A stretch of DNA of 64,000 bases from Candidatus Sulfomarinibacteraceae bacterium (GTDB lineage: Bacteria; Acidobacteriota; Thermoanaerobaculia; Thermoanaerobaculales; Sulfomarinibacteraceae). Below are positions 38,853 through 48,806 of this stretch, piece after piece. Each line of letters opens with the position of its first letter. The stretch's first letter is position 1. Under the pieces are notes generated by a model, which saw only the letters and a list, made by a program, of their open reading frames with translations, was not told the DNA's origin and made no database searches. Where the stretch lies: assembly GCA_963796455.1 (NCBI GenBank), contig CAWCLO010000001.1:1120001-1184000 (forward strand). The letters run 5' to 3'. The position numbers and the translations under genes are program-made.

Positions 38853-40118
38853 TCACTCCGCCAGATCGGGGTCGGCGTCCTGAACCAGACGACGCACGGT
38901 CACACTGACGATGCGTCGCTCGTCCATCTCATCGACCGTGAATCGAAGACCGTTGATATCGTCCACAACCTCGGTCCCGGTTTCAGGGACCGTACCGTGG
39001 CGGGCAAAAACCAGCCCCCCGACCGTATCGACATCGTCTTCGTCGACAACGGCATCGATCAGATCGCCGAGCACCTCGAGCGGCGCTCTTCCTTGCAGCC
39101 TGAAGAGCCCCGGACTGATCTCCTGGACCTCTGGCGGCTCCCTGGGGTCGAGCTCATCCTGAATCTCGCCGACGATCTCCTCGAGGATGTCCTCCAGCGT
39201 CACGAGGCCCGAGGTTCCACCGTACTCATCAACGACAATAGCCATCTGTTGCCGCCGACTCTGAAAATCGCGCAGCAATTCTCCCAGGGCCTTGGTCTCC
39301 GGCACGACGAGACACTCACGCGCGAGTTCCCTCACCCCGGGTTCGGATCCGCGAAGCCCGTGTTTGACGAGATTTTTGACGTGAACCACACCGATGATGC
39401 GATCAACCGTCTCGTGATAGATCGGAATCCTGCTTTTGTGGGTCGCCGCAAACACCTCGAGCAGCTCGCGATAGCTATCGGTGTCGGCCACCGCCACCAT
39501 CTCGGTTCGCGGCGTCATCACCTCGCGGACGACGGTATCGAAGAAATCCACCAAGGACTCGACGATTTCTCCTTCTTCACCCTCGAAAATGCCGGCCGCC
39601 TCCCCCGCCTCGAGGTAGGCCTGAATCTCGGCATCGGTGGCCTCCTCCTCCTCGTCCTCGGGCGGAGGCCCCATGGCCGAAGGACGAAGACGCACCGACA
39701 AACCAACCAAAGGGGCCATCAGCGGCTTGACCGAACGCAACAGCATCGTCGCGGCGTCTTCCGAAAAGGGGCGTACCAGGATCCGCACGAAAAAGAGCAG
39801 CACCAGGGGCAGCAGGACCGCGATGAGAACCGGATGGTAGCTTGCCAACCCTGGAAACAGGAACACCACCAGCCACACGATCGTGAGGCCGGCGATCTGC
39901 AGCCAACGCAGCACATCGATCACGCGTGAGAGATGAACACCGGACGCAGTTCCGATGAGACTGGGATGCTCTTCGAGGATGCCCTGAAAACGGACGTTGC
40001 CAAATTTGAGGAGCGATCGCAGCAACAATTCGATGACCACGACCAGCAAGCCAAAAATGGTGCCGATGAGGACCAGGGTCACGGGGTGGGACAACCAGGC
40101 TGTCAGTCCCGCCGTCAT
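38853..40118 (-). CDS. Hemolysin/CorC-family CNNM-CBS protein
   Basis: TM region, VREVMTPR, VVDEYGGTSGLVTLEDILEEIVGEI, CorC C-terminal domain. Confidence 0.88.
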   Translation of the reverse strand: MTAGLTAWLSHPVTLVLIGTIFGLLVVVIELLLRSLLKFGNVRFQGILEEHPSLIGTASGVHLSRVIDVLRWLQIAGLTIVWLVVFLFPGLASYHPVLIAVLLPLVLLFFVRILVRPFSEDAATMLLRSVKPLMAPLVGLSVRLRPSAMGPPPEDEEEEATDAEIQAYLEAGEAAGIFEGEEGEIVESLVDFFDTVVREVMTPRTEMVAVADTDSYRELLEVFAATHKSRIPIYHETVDRIIGVVHVKNLVKHGLRGSEPGVRELARECLVVPETKALGELLRDFQSRRQQMAIVVDEYGGTSGLVTLEDILEEIVGEIQDELDPREPPEVQEISPGLFRLQGRAPLEVLGDLIDAVVDEDDVDTVGGLVFARHGTVPETGTEVVDDINGLRFTVDEMDERRIVSVTVRRLVQDADPDLAE

Positions 40119-40540
40119 GGAAATATTTCTTTTCGCAGCTGAAGTTCGATCGTATTCATTTCTCCCCGGTCTCGCTGATGATCATAGCCGAGAAGATGCA
40201 AAGTGCCATGGAGAGCCAGCTCCGAAAGCTCGCGAAGCTCACCATGACCCAGCTCATCGGCCTGTCTCCGAACCGCGTCGAGCGAAATCACGATCTCGCC
40301 GAGCAGGCGCCTTCCCGACGGCAGCAGAGCTCCATCGGGAAATGACAGCACATCAGTTGCGGCATCGATGTTTCTGTATTGGCGGTTGAGTTCACGAATC
40401 CGATCGTCACCGGTCATCAGAAGATGGACCTCCGAATCAGCCTCTCCACGCGCGGCCAGGCATCGCCCGATCACCCGCCGAAGCTCACTGGCCGTTGGTC
40501 GTGCCGGTCTTCTCTCCCACCTGATGTGGACCCGAGTCAC
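40115..40540 (-). CDS. ybeY: rRNA maturation endoribonuclease YbeY
   Basis: TDVLSFP, HGTLHLLGYDH. Confidence 0.93.
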   Translation of the reverse strand: MTRVHIRWERRPARPTASELRRVIGRCLAARGEADSEVHLLMTGDDRIRELNRQYRNIDAATDVLSFPDGALLPSGRRLLGEIVISLDAVRRQADELGHGELRELSELALHGTLHLLGYDHQRDRGEMNTIELQLRKEIFP

Positions 40541-42818
40541 GCGTGCTCCGTTTCCTGTTGAAATCGAATCCTGGGTAATCGATTCGATGATGGTACATAT
40601 TGGTCAACACCCAAAGGAAGGCCGACGCCACTTTGTCGAGTTCCGAAAATGTCAGGTCGCAGTTGTCGAGTTGATCGTCCTCGAGCGCATTCGAAAATAT
40701 TTTGTCGATCATGGCCTGGATCTTGGCCGGGCTCGGTGTCTCGATCGTCCGTGCGGCCGCTTCGACCGCGTCGGCAAGCAGCAGGATCCCCATCTCCTTG
40801 GTGTGCGGCCTCGGTCCGGGATACCGGTATTCACTTTCACGAATCTCTGTCCGGTCATCAGTCCGATGCTCGAGAGCCTTATTGTAGAAATACCGGATCA
40901 GTTTAGTGCCGTGATGGGTGGCGATGCCCTGGCGGATCGGCAACGGCAACTTGGATTCCCGAGCCATCTCCAGGCCTTCTTTGACGTGGCTCTGAATGAC
41001 CAATGCCGACATTGAAGGAACCAGATCGTCGTGCGGATTGCCGTTGCGTTGATTTTCGACGAAGTACTCCGGTTTCACCAGTTTTCCGATGTCGTGGTAG
41101 TAGGCACAGACCCTCAACAACAGCGCATTTGCTCCCACCGCGTCGGCCCCGGCTTCAACCAGATTGCTCACCGCAAGCGAGTGTTGATAGGTCCCGGGCG
41201 CCTCGAGAGACAATCGTTTGAGGAGCGGCAGATTCTGATTCGAGAGCTCGAGGAGGCGGGTGTCGGTCGTGATGCCGAAAACCCCCTCGAGAGCGGGCAA
41301 CAGGAAGGAGACAACGCCAACCGACAACGGACCGCCGATAAAGGCGCAGATGGCGGCAATACCCACGGCAGCCACCGAATCCGGGACCCCCTGATAGAGC
41401 TGGATCGCGAGCATGACCGCCACGTTTGCAGCGCCGACCACCAGACCGACCCGGCTCAGGGATGCGCGGTCCTTGGACCGTTCGGCCGCGAGAGCCCCGA
41501 CCACACCGGAGGCCACCGCAAAGATCGCGAGCATGAAATCGCCGCCAAGCATCATCCCGACAATCACCGCCGAGCAGGCCGCAAAGATCAGCGCCGGCTG
41601 AAGACCGAGCAGAATCAGGACGGTGACCGGCCCGGCCGCAAATGGCAGGGCCCACAAATAGACCTCGACAATCGACAGCGCCGGTCCCTGGGCGTTAAAG
41701 GCAATGGCATTGACCAGGTAAAGGGCAAGACGATGGGCGAGCGTAAAGAGCACGAGGAGGATATAGATCATCGACAGCCGCGGGCCGAGTTCGGCGGGAA
41801 CACTGATCCGACCCAGGACCAACCACCAACCGATCATCATCAGGACCAGGAGCAGTGCAATGCCCGCAATTTTGGCCCCGGTTGCCACGTCTCGACTCTC
41901 TCGTTGAAAGACCCGCAGCGTTTCCGCCACTTCGTCGGTGACCGTATCTCCCCTCCGCACCAGCACCTGCCCACGACGAAGATCTCGTGATCTCGGGACA
42001 ACATTTTCGGCGGCATCGCGTCGCCGCTGCTCCGTTTCGGCGCGGTTGTACACCAGATTCGAGCCGAGGTTGGCTTCGAGGAAGACCAGCATTGGTTTGA
42101 TCCACCGCCGCGCGACCGCCGGCCGTTCGAGCAGCCGCGCCTGGAGGAGAGGCTCGAGCCCGGAGCGAACATCCACTGCGGTGGACAATCGATCCAGATC
42201 GGCAACCTGTTCGCTTCCGGAGGAAAGATTTCGTACCGCAACGCCACGTTCGCCGCGGCGTTCCAGGGCCCGCCGGTCATCGACGATCCGCGCCTGATAG
42301 GCCAGGCTCACCACCTCGATCAGCGACGTCTCGAGTTGTTCGGCACAACCGGAGTTTTCGAGGATTCGCCGAATCGAACCGGTTTCGCGCAGGTCGGTGA
42401 AGGCTTCCATTCCGGCAACATTGTCCTGCGGGAATTGCAGCAGATTCCGGCAGGCCTCGAAGAGCACCCGGATCTCGTCTTCGAGTTCGATTCGCAGCCT
42501 GGGTTCGAGATCGTAGACCGGCAGCACCGATTCGCTCGCATCGCGGCGGGCAGCTTCGGTGGCCGCTTCATCAGGAAGGGTGATGTCCACGGGGATCACC
42601 AGATCAAAGGTCGCCACATCACCCGGCTGCCAGTCGGGTGGACCGCTTCCAACCCGCGGCAGCAGCAGCCATGTACAGCACACGGTGGCCACAAATGCCC
42701 ACACCATCGGTTTCTCGAGCAAACCGTCCCACCACCCGGCGCGCACCTCGAGACCACGTTGGATCCGGGTCCCAGAAGCCCTGGGTTCCGATTGGGGCCT
42801 GCCGTTGCCCTTCTTCAT
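40485..42818 (-). CDS. 7TM-HD phosphohydrolase (PgpH-like)
   Basis: Extracytoplasmic domain, 7 TMs, APGTYQHS, YYHDIGK, YRYPGPRP; ATG 42818 overlaps the phoH stop. Confidence 0.88.
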   Translation of the reverse strand: MKKGNGRPQSEPRASGTRIQRGLEVRAGWWDGLLEKPMVWAFVATVCCTWLLLPRVGSGPPDWQPGDVATFDLVIPVDITLPDEAATEAARRDASESVLPVYDLEPRLRIELEDEIRVLFEACRNLLQFPQDNVAGMEAFTDLRETGSIRRILENSGCAEQLETSLIEVVSLAYQARIVDDRRALERRGERGVAVRNLSSGSEQVADLDRLSTAVDVRSGLEPLLQARLLERPAVARRWIKPMLVFLEANLGSNLVYNRAETEQRRRDAAENVVPRSRDLRRGQVLVRRGDTVTDEVAETLRVFQRESRDVATGAKIAGIALLLVLMMIGWWLVLGRISVPAELGPRLSMIYILLVLFTLAHRLALYLVNAIAFNAQGPALSIVEVYLWALPFAAGPVTVLILLGLQPALIFAACSAVIVGMMLGGDFMLAIFAVASGVVGALAAERSKDRASLSRVGLVVGAANVAVMLAIQLYQGVPDSVAAVGIAAICAFIGGPLSVGVVSFLLPALEGVFGITTDTRLLELSNQNLPLLKRLSLEAPGTYQHSLAVSNLVEAGADAVGANALLLRVCAYYHDIGKLVKPEYFVENQRNGNPHDDLVPSMSALVIQSHVKEGLEMARESKLPLPIRQGIATHHGTKLIRYFYNKALEHRTDDRTEIRESEYRYPGPRPHTKEMGILLLADAVEAAARTIETPSPAKIQAMIDKIFSNALEDDQLDNCDLTFSELDKVASAFLWVLTNMYHHRIDYPGFDFNRKRSTRDSGPHQVGEKTGTTNGQ

Positions 42819-43786
42819 TTGGATTCCCGGTCCTTCTGTCGCGTCCTGTTTTCCCACCGCTCATAACCATCGACCACACGCTGTACGAGGCGGTGGCGGA
42901 CCACGTCTCGATGGGTGAACGTGACAAAGGCAAATCCATCCGTGCCTTGAAATATCTGCAGCGCTTCAACAAGACCCGATGATTTCGCAAAGGGGAGATC
43001 GATCTGGGTCACGTCCCCGGTGACCACCACTTTCGATTCGTAACCCATCCGCGTCAGAAACATCTTCATCTGTTCGTGGGTAGTGTTCTGTGCTTCGTCG
43101 AGGATGATGAACGCGTCATTCAAGGTCCTTCCGCGCATGAACGCCAACGGCGCGATCTCGATGATCTGGCGTTCGAGGAGCTTGCACACTTTTTCGTAAC
43201 CCAGAATGTCATAGAGGGCATCGTATACCGGCCTCAAATAGGGGTTGATCTTTTCCACCAGATCGCCTGGAAGGAAACCGAGCCGCTCACCAGCCTCGAC
43301 GGCCGGCCTCACCAGAACAATTCGGCGGACCTGCTTGTCCATCAGAGCCGCAGCAGCCAAGGCCACCGCGAGATAGGTCTTGCCGGTGCCTGCCGGACCG
43401 GTCACGAAAACACAGTCGTGGGAGTGGGCCGATCGGATAAAAAGCCGCTGGTTCAGGTTTCGCGGCATGACGTATCGCCTCAGGGAGGCGGGAACCGATG
43501 CATCCAGGAAAAACTCGATCAGATCGGTCTCCGGGTCCTCCTCGAGGACGCGAACGCCGGTGCGGAATTCTTCCTTCGTCATCGCGCCGCCTGAAGACAA
43601 CATGCGATCAAAGGACTCGAGCACCCGCCGGGCGATGTGCTCTGCCTCCTCCTCGCCGGACAGCTGGATCTCCGTCCCACGGGCACTGACCGACACCCCG
43701 AGCCGTTCTTCGAGGTACCGCAGGTGCTCGTCCCTGGTTCCGAAGAGATGTTCGAGGTTTTTCTCACTAACGGTCAAATGCGACAT
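42815..43786 (-). CDS. phoH: PhoH-family ATPase
   Basis: GPAGTGKTYLA, RPAVEAGERLGFLPGD, LDEAQN. Confidence 0.93.
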   Translation of the reverse strand: MSHLTVSEKNLEHLFGTRDEHLRYLEERLGVSVSARGTEIQLSGEEEAEHIARRVLESFDRMLSSGGAMTKEEFRTGVRVLEEDPETDLIEFFLDASVPASLRRYVMPRNLNQRLFIRSAHSHDCVFVTGPAGTGKTYLAVALAAAALMDKQVRRIVLVRPAVEAGERLGFLPGDLVEKINPYLRPVYDALYDILGYEKVCKLLERQIIEIAPLAFMRGRTLNDAFIILDEAQNTTHEQMKMFLTRMGYESKVVVTGDVTQIDLPFAKSSGLVEALQIFQGTDGFAFVTFTHRDVVRHRLVQRVVDGYERWENRTRQKDRESK

Positions 43787-43942
43787 CAAACAGACGCTCC
43801 CCGCCCATCAACCACTATGGTCGACTGTGGCCATTATTCGTATTACTGGGGTCATCGCTATCCACGGACAGGCCTATCTCGCTCCCTGTAAATCACCTCG
43901 TACGAGGCCGCGATAGCCGGCGCTTCCATCCACAAGGACATG

Positions 43943-43951
43943 ATTGTAGCA
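43943..43951 (-). promoter_or_regulatory. Putative extended -10 promoter (TGcTACAAT) upstream of the phoH operon
   Basis: Reverse complement of ATTGTAGCA, about 160 nt upstream of phoH. Confidence 0.4.
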
Positions 43952-43991
43952 AGTGAAAGCAAAATTCAGCGGTGATCTCTGCCCGAATCCG

Positions 43992-44540
43992 TCAATCTGT
44001 GGATCCCGGATGCCACTCGGGATCGGATACTCCCGCACGGTGATTGAGAAAACGGGCGCAAACAAAGAACGCATCGGAGACCCTGTTGAGATAGGGGATC
44101 ACCCCTTCGGGCAAGCCGCCGTCGCGATTCGAGAGGGCCAGCACCCTTCGTTCGGCTCGTCGGCACACCGTCCGTGCCACGTGAGCCAGGGCTGCGGCGC
44201 GGCAGCCACCGGGGAGGATAAATGCCCGGAGCGTGTCAAGCTCCGAATCCATCGCATCGATCCACTCTTCGATCGGTCCGACCGCCCAGGATTCCGGCGG
44301 ATGTTCGACCCGTCCTTTCGGATCGGCGAGCACGGCACCGACCGCAAAGAGGGCACGCTGGCATTCTTGAATCGGTTCCGCAACAATTTGAGGTACATCC
44401 TCCACCAAAAGGAGACCAAGCATGGAATTGAGTTCATCAATCGTTCCGTAGGACTCGATTCGCAGATCGTCCTTCTGTACGCGCCCGCCGGAGAGCAGTG
44501 AGGTCTCTCCTTCGTCACCTGTTTTTGTGTAGACCTTCAT
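43992..44540 (-). CDS. pduO: Cob(I)alamin adenosyltransferase (PduO-type)
   Basis: MKVYTKTGDEGET, YGTIDELNS, ARTVCRRAER, YLNRVSD. Confidence 0.92.
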   Translation of the reverse strand: MKVYTKTGDEGETSLLSGGRVQKDDLRIESYGTIDELNSMLGLLLVEDVPQIVAEPIQECQRALFAVGAVLADPKGRVEHPPESWAVGPIEEWIDAMDSELDTLRAFILPGGCRAAALAHVARTVCRRAERRVLALSNRDGGLPEGVIPYLNRVSDAFFVCARFLNHRAGVSDPEWHPGSTD

Positions 44541-44570
44541 GGGGGCATTCTACCCGGTTTCAAGCCGTGG

Positions 44571-45017
44571 CAGCCCGAGCCCGAGCCAGGCAGAGGTGCA
44601 GAGGAGCGGAGGGGCCTAGCGCCCATCGCTATCGGAATCGCTATCGACGGTAAGATCGACCCACCAATCGGCGGAGAGGAAAAACGGCAAGTGAGAAAAT
44701 GAGAACCACTCGGCAAGGATTTCTCCTGAATGGAAACGTCGCCTCCCGATGTCATCCTGAGCGGAGCCCCACAGGGGCGGAGTCGAAGGATCTATGAGAT
44801 GGAACGGAGCCATCCCAGACCGCAGATCCTTCGACTCCGCGCTCGAAGCGCTGCGCTCAGGATGACATCTTGAACGACAGTTCCGTTCCCGATCCCGATC
44901 CCGAAAGGGAGAAAGGGGGAAAGGGAGAAAGGGAGAACCGTATCGGAAGTTCTGTTCGTAATAAGGAGTGGGCATTCCAAATTCCGAATTCCGAATTCCG
45001 AATTCTTCCTCTGCACC
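44571..45017. repeat. STR mosaic with REP doublet (44748-44869)
   Basis: 44740-44972 is homologous to 24753-25037; ends in (ATTCCGA)n. Confidence 0.85.
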
Positions 45018-45956
45018 TCAGTCCTCCTCCCCCGACCACTTGAATCGGTAGTCGAAACGGAACGAGGTTGCGGGAACCGACCCGGTGAGGGTGTGCGAGC
45101 TTTTGTGACGGATGATGTGGAGGGTGAGCTCCTCATCCGGCTCGTAGCTCCGAAGGATCCGCATCGCGTGCTCCGGGCTCGTGACCTCGCGGTCACCGAT
45201 TCGCAGGATCACGTCGCCACTTTCCAGACCCAAGGTCTCTTCGCCCTCCGGACCCCGGACCACCAGGACCCCTTTATCGGATCCGAAGTACTCACCAAGC
45301 TCCGGGTTGACCGCGGCAAGTTCCATATCGAACCAGCCACGAGGCAGAAACCATGGTTCGGCGGTCTGGCCGGCGAGAACCGGCGCGGCGTGAAAATCGA
45401 AATCCGAGAGGCCCGTGAATCCCGCCGCAAGCCTGGGGCTGAAATCGACCTTCCGGGCGATCATGGTCGCCTCGTGTCCATCACCATCGCGCAGATAGCG
45501 AAGGGTCACCGCGTCCCCCTCAGCGAGTTCGTGCGATCTCTTCACGAGTTCACGAGACGCCTCCGCCGCAATAGTTCGAGCGTCCCCGTCGGTCGTCGAG
45601 AGCGGTTCACCGTTCCAGTGGGTGACGACGTCGCCCGACCTGAGACCCGCCTCTTCCGCCGGAGAGCCCGGTGTGACACCGAGGATCACGGCACCGGGGT
45701 CGGTCTCACCGGGCCATGAGAATCCACCCTTGATGACGATTCCGAGTCCGGGCCGGTTCATGTCAGCCCGGGAAAGGAATTCTCCATAGACCCATTTCTT
45801 CGGCGAGTACTGGATCCGGATTTCATCAACCGCATCGCGGAGCGCCTTGTGGGCATCCTTTGGATCATCGGTAGACTCTTCGTCGGCAAACCCGACACCG
45901 CTTACTGAGATTGCGGCGAGGCACAAAAAAACTGAAAAAACAGACATCCTTTTCAT
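45018..45956 (-). CDS. Exported two-PDZ-domain protein
   Basis: Signal peptide; GVTPGSPAEEAGLRSGDVV and LGLESGDVILRIG PDZ motifs; no protease domain seen. Confidence 0.8.
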   Translation of the reverse strand: MKRMSVFSVFLCLAAISVSGVGFADEESTDDPKDAHKALRDAVDEIRIQYSPKKWVYGEFLSRADMNRPGLGIVIKGGFSWPGETDPGAVILGVTPGSPAEEAGLRSGDVVTHWNGEPLSTTDGDARTIAAEASRELVKRSHELAEGDAVTLRYLRDGDGHEATMIARKVDFSPRLAAGFTGLSDFDFHAAPVLAGQTAEPWFLPRGWFDMELAAVNPELGEYFGSDKGVLVVRGPEGEETLGLESGDVILRIGDREVTSPEHAMRILRSYEPDEELTLHIIRHKSSHTLTGSVPATSFRFDYRFKWSGEED

Positions 45957-46585
45957 GGTTGACTCCCTTCGTAGTGAAAGACGGCGTAACCCACGCCCTC
46001 ATCCGCCCCGTTGCCGGCCCGCGCGGCAACCAGGGCGTCGAGAAGCTCGACGCGGTGACTCCAGAGGGCGACGGCCCGTTCGCCATCGTCCCCGACCGCG
46101 CCCCGGTCCAATGTCATATCAAGGTGCGCGATTCGATCTTCGAGGTCGACGATGACCGCGGCCCTCCGCGCGCTCATCACCTGGCGCCGAAGCGCCGGAT
46201 CTCTGAGAACCTGCTCGAGGTCGTTCGATGCGGCCGCCAGTCCCTCGATGGCGAGCTGCCGGTCGGCGTCCCGGCTTACGGTCGTCGAAGTCGGTATCGG
46301 CGAACGCACGAGCGCAATGGCGGCGATGACCGCGATCACAGAAGCCGCGACCGCGGCGATCCGCCGGGCGAGAGAACGCCTGCGCTCCGCGACGACCCGA
46401 CGCCGGATCTCCGGCCACAAATCGTGTTCGAAAGCCGCTGGAGGGAGGGAGCGCAACGCAGAGTTCACGGACTTCAGCTCGTCGAGCCCGTCCTGACAAC
46501 GCGGGCACGAAGCGACGTGGCGCTCCACATCGACGGGACCCTCACCGTCCCGCAGTGCCAACAGTTCTTCCAGCTTCGGATGCAT
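45953..46585 (-). CDS. Putative zinc-binding anti-sigma factor
   Basis: HVASCPRC (HxxxCxxC), single TM, directly downstream of the ECF sigma. Confidence 0.8.
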   Translation of the reverse strand: MHPKLEELLALRDGEGPVDVERHVASCPRCQDGLDELKSVNSALRSLPPAAFEHDLWPEIRRRVVAERRRSLARRIAAVAASVIAVIAAIALVRSPIPTSTTVSRDADRQLAIEGLAAASNDLEQVLRDPALRRQVMSARRAAVIVDLEDRIAHLDMTLDRGAVGDDGERAVALWSHRVELLDALVAARAGNGADEGVGYAVFHYEGSQP

Positions 46586-47159
46586 CTCCGGTCCCTTCAG
46601 TTCGTGCCAATGCCACGCGCAGGCGCGAATGCGCCCGTGACAGCTGCGATTTCGAAAATGATATGGATCTGCCGAAACAATCGGCAATCTCCCGGTGCGT
46701 CAAGCCCTCAACATCGTGCAGCCAGACCACGACGCGGGCCTCGTCAGGCAGGGCTGCGAGCGCTCGTTCGAGATCGATTCGCCGCCAGCTCCTCCCCCCG
46801 TCGATGTTCACCTGGAGATCGCGATCCAGAATCCCGGTGTCCACCGACTCAAGCGCCACCGATTTCATCCGCCGCCGTTTTCTCTGCGACGTCAGCGCCT
46901 TGGAGACGGTGATCCGCCGCAACCAGGCGCCAAAAGCCCCGTCGCCACGAAATGAGGCCAGACTGCGGATGACCTCGAGAAAAGTCTCCTGCACAACCTC
47001 CTCGGCCTCGTGCATCGAGCCGCAAATCCGCAACGCCAAGGTCGAAACCGGTAACGAATAGAGTCGATACATGGCCTCCAACGCGTCGAGATCACCCCGC
47101 CGCGCCCGCGCCAGGTGCATCTCGTCGATCACCGCAAAAAAACCGGTTCTGCCTGCCAT
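46542..47159 (-). CDS. ECF RNA polymerase sigma factor
   Basis: AEEVVQETF, FGAWLRRI, LHDVEGLTHREIA, SKSQLSRA; start set at ATG 47159. Confidence 0.88.
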   Translation of the reverse strand: MAGRTGFFAVIDEMHLARARRGDLDALEAMYRLYSLPVSTLALRICGSMHEAEEVVQETFLEVIRSLASFRGDGAFGAWLRRITVSKALTSQRKRRRMKSVALESVDTGILDRDLQVNIDGGRSWRRIDLERALAALPDEARVVVWLHDVEGLTHREIADCFGRSISFSKSQLSRAHSRLRVALARTEGTGDASEAGRTVGTAGR

Positions 47160-47298
47160 CACCCCAATAGGATGCACGGTCGGGCCAAAGGGTCGCAAGT
47201 CGCCCGTTGTCAGACGTAGTTTTGCTATCGAGCGGGGGGACTGGGTGGTGCAGTAGGCCTGTGTGATAAATTTGAGGTAGTTCGAAAGAGATGGAGGA

Positions 47299-48750
47299 GT
47301 GTCGGTGGAGCTCAAAGAGCTGCTCATGTTCATGACCAAAAAGGGTGCGTCTGACCTTCACATCAAACCGATGCGGCCGCCGCTGCTGAGGATTCAAGGT
47401 CGACTCATACCGATCAAGGCGGACCCGCTCAAACCGGACGAGGTCGAGGACATGCTCGGGAGTATCCTCAAACCCGCCCAGAAGGAGCGCTTTGCCACCA
47501 GCCAGGCCGTGGATATGGGTTACGGCGTTCCTGGAGTCGCACGCTTTCGCTGCAACATGTATATGCAGCGCGGAACCATGGCGGCGGTCTTTCGACGCGT
47601 GCCATTCGAAATCCAGAGCGCTGACAAGCTCAATCTCCCCGAGGTCATCAACTCCTTTACCGAATACCCCGGCGGTCTGGTGCTCATCACCGGCCCGACG
47701 GGCTCCGGAAAATCAACCTCGTTGGCAGCAATGATCAACCTCATCGCCAAGGCTCGCCAGTGCCATGTCGTGACCATTGAAGACCCGATCGAGTTTCTTT
47801 TTCAGGATGACAAGGCGACGATTTCGCAGCGCGAGGTGGGGACCGACACCCCAACCTTTCACGAGGCGCTCAGAAACTGCATGCGCCAGGACCCCGATGT
47901 CATCATGGTTGGTGAGATGCGCGATCCGGAGACCATGGCGACCGCGATCACCGCAGCGGAGACCGGCCATCTGGTCTTTTCCACCCTTCACACCAACAGT
48001 GCCGCCCAGACTGTCGACCGGATCATCGATTCGTACCCGGCCGACCAACAGACCCAGATCCGAGGCCAACTCGCCCTCGTCCTGAGGGCGATCGTTTCCA
48101 TGCAGTTGGTGGAGAACAAGGACGGGACCGAACGGCTGCCGGCCTGTGAGATCCTCATCAACTCACCAAAGATCTCGAAACACATCGAAAACGGAGAGAT
48201 CAAGGAAATTTTCGAGGAGATGGAAAACTCCGTCAATTTCTACCGCATGCAGAGCATGAACCAGTCGTTGATCGCACTCCTCGCCCACAGCCAGATCACC
48301 TACGAACAGGCGATCGACGCCTCGGCAGATCCCGATGACCTGTCGCTCAAGCTGAGGGAGATGTTTCCAAATATCGAGGAGCAATTCAGGGAGGGTGAGA
48401 TGTCCCCGTCACCAGCAGATTTTTCGCAGATCACCGAACTGCTTGAAACCAAGCAGATGTATGAAGAGACCGAAGAACGCCACCGCGTGAAAATGGGCGA
48501 GAAGGACGAACAGATCGAAACCCTCGAAAGTGATTTGGCGGCCTTGCGCGAGCAACTTCAGCAAACCGCCGAGAGCACCGACGGATTGCGGCGCGAGGCC
48601 GAGATCGCCCGTTCCGAAGTGCAGCGGGCACGGGAAGAATCGCAGCAGAAGATCAATGCCCTCAACGAGCGGATCCGCGAACTCAACCAGCAACTTCAGG
48701 GCGAAAATGGCGCCGGTGGTAAGGGTTCCTCGGGCTTCTTCAAGCGCTGA
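47299..48750 (+). CDS. pilT: PilT/PilU-family ATPase with C-terminal coiled-coil extension
   Basis: ASDLH, GPTGSGKST, TIEDPIE, RQDPDVIMVGEMRD, AETGHLVFSTLHT. Confidence 0.85.
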   Translation: MSVELKELLMFMTKKGASDLHIKPMRPPLLRIQGRLIPIKADPLKPDEVEDMLGSILKPAQKERFATSQAVDMGYGVPGVARFRCNMYMQRGTMAAVFRRVPFEIQSADKLNLPEVINSFTEYPGGLVLITGPTGSGKSTSLAAMINLIAKARQCHVVTIEDPIEFLFQDDKATISQREVGTDTPTFHEALRNCMRQDPDVIMVGEMRDPETMATAITAAETGHLVFSTLHTNSAAQTVDRIIDSYPADQQTQIRGQLALVLRAIVSMQLVENKDGTERLPACEILINSPKISKHIENGEIKEIFEEMENSVNFYRMQSMNQSLIALLAHSQITYEQAIDASADPDDLSLKLREMFPNIEEQFREGEMSPSPADFSQITELLETKQMYEETEERHRVKMGEKDEQIETLESDLAALREQLQQTAESTDGLRREAEIARSEVQRAREESQQKINALNERIRELNQQLQGENGAGGKGSSGFFKR

Positions 48751-48806
48751 ACGCATTCGATCAGGTCCGTGCCATGACATGGCGACTGTTAAACCCGACG
48801 AAGTGA
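48742..48806 (+). pseudogene. Second four-helix-bundle 3' remnant (ALNAFDQVRAMTWRLLNPTK*)
   Basis: Colinear with 17491-17555. Confidence 0.75.

Noticed and set aside
43790..43990. Possible ncRNA (6S-like) or riboswitch upstream of phoH
   Set aside because: No convincing long irregular hairpin or riboswitch consensus by eye; an Rfam/Infernal scan would be needed.
44541..44750. Cobalamin riboswitch upstream of pduO
   Set aside because: The region is STR/REP mosaic and no B12-box consensus was seen.
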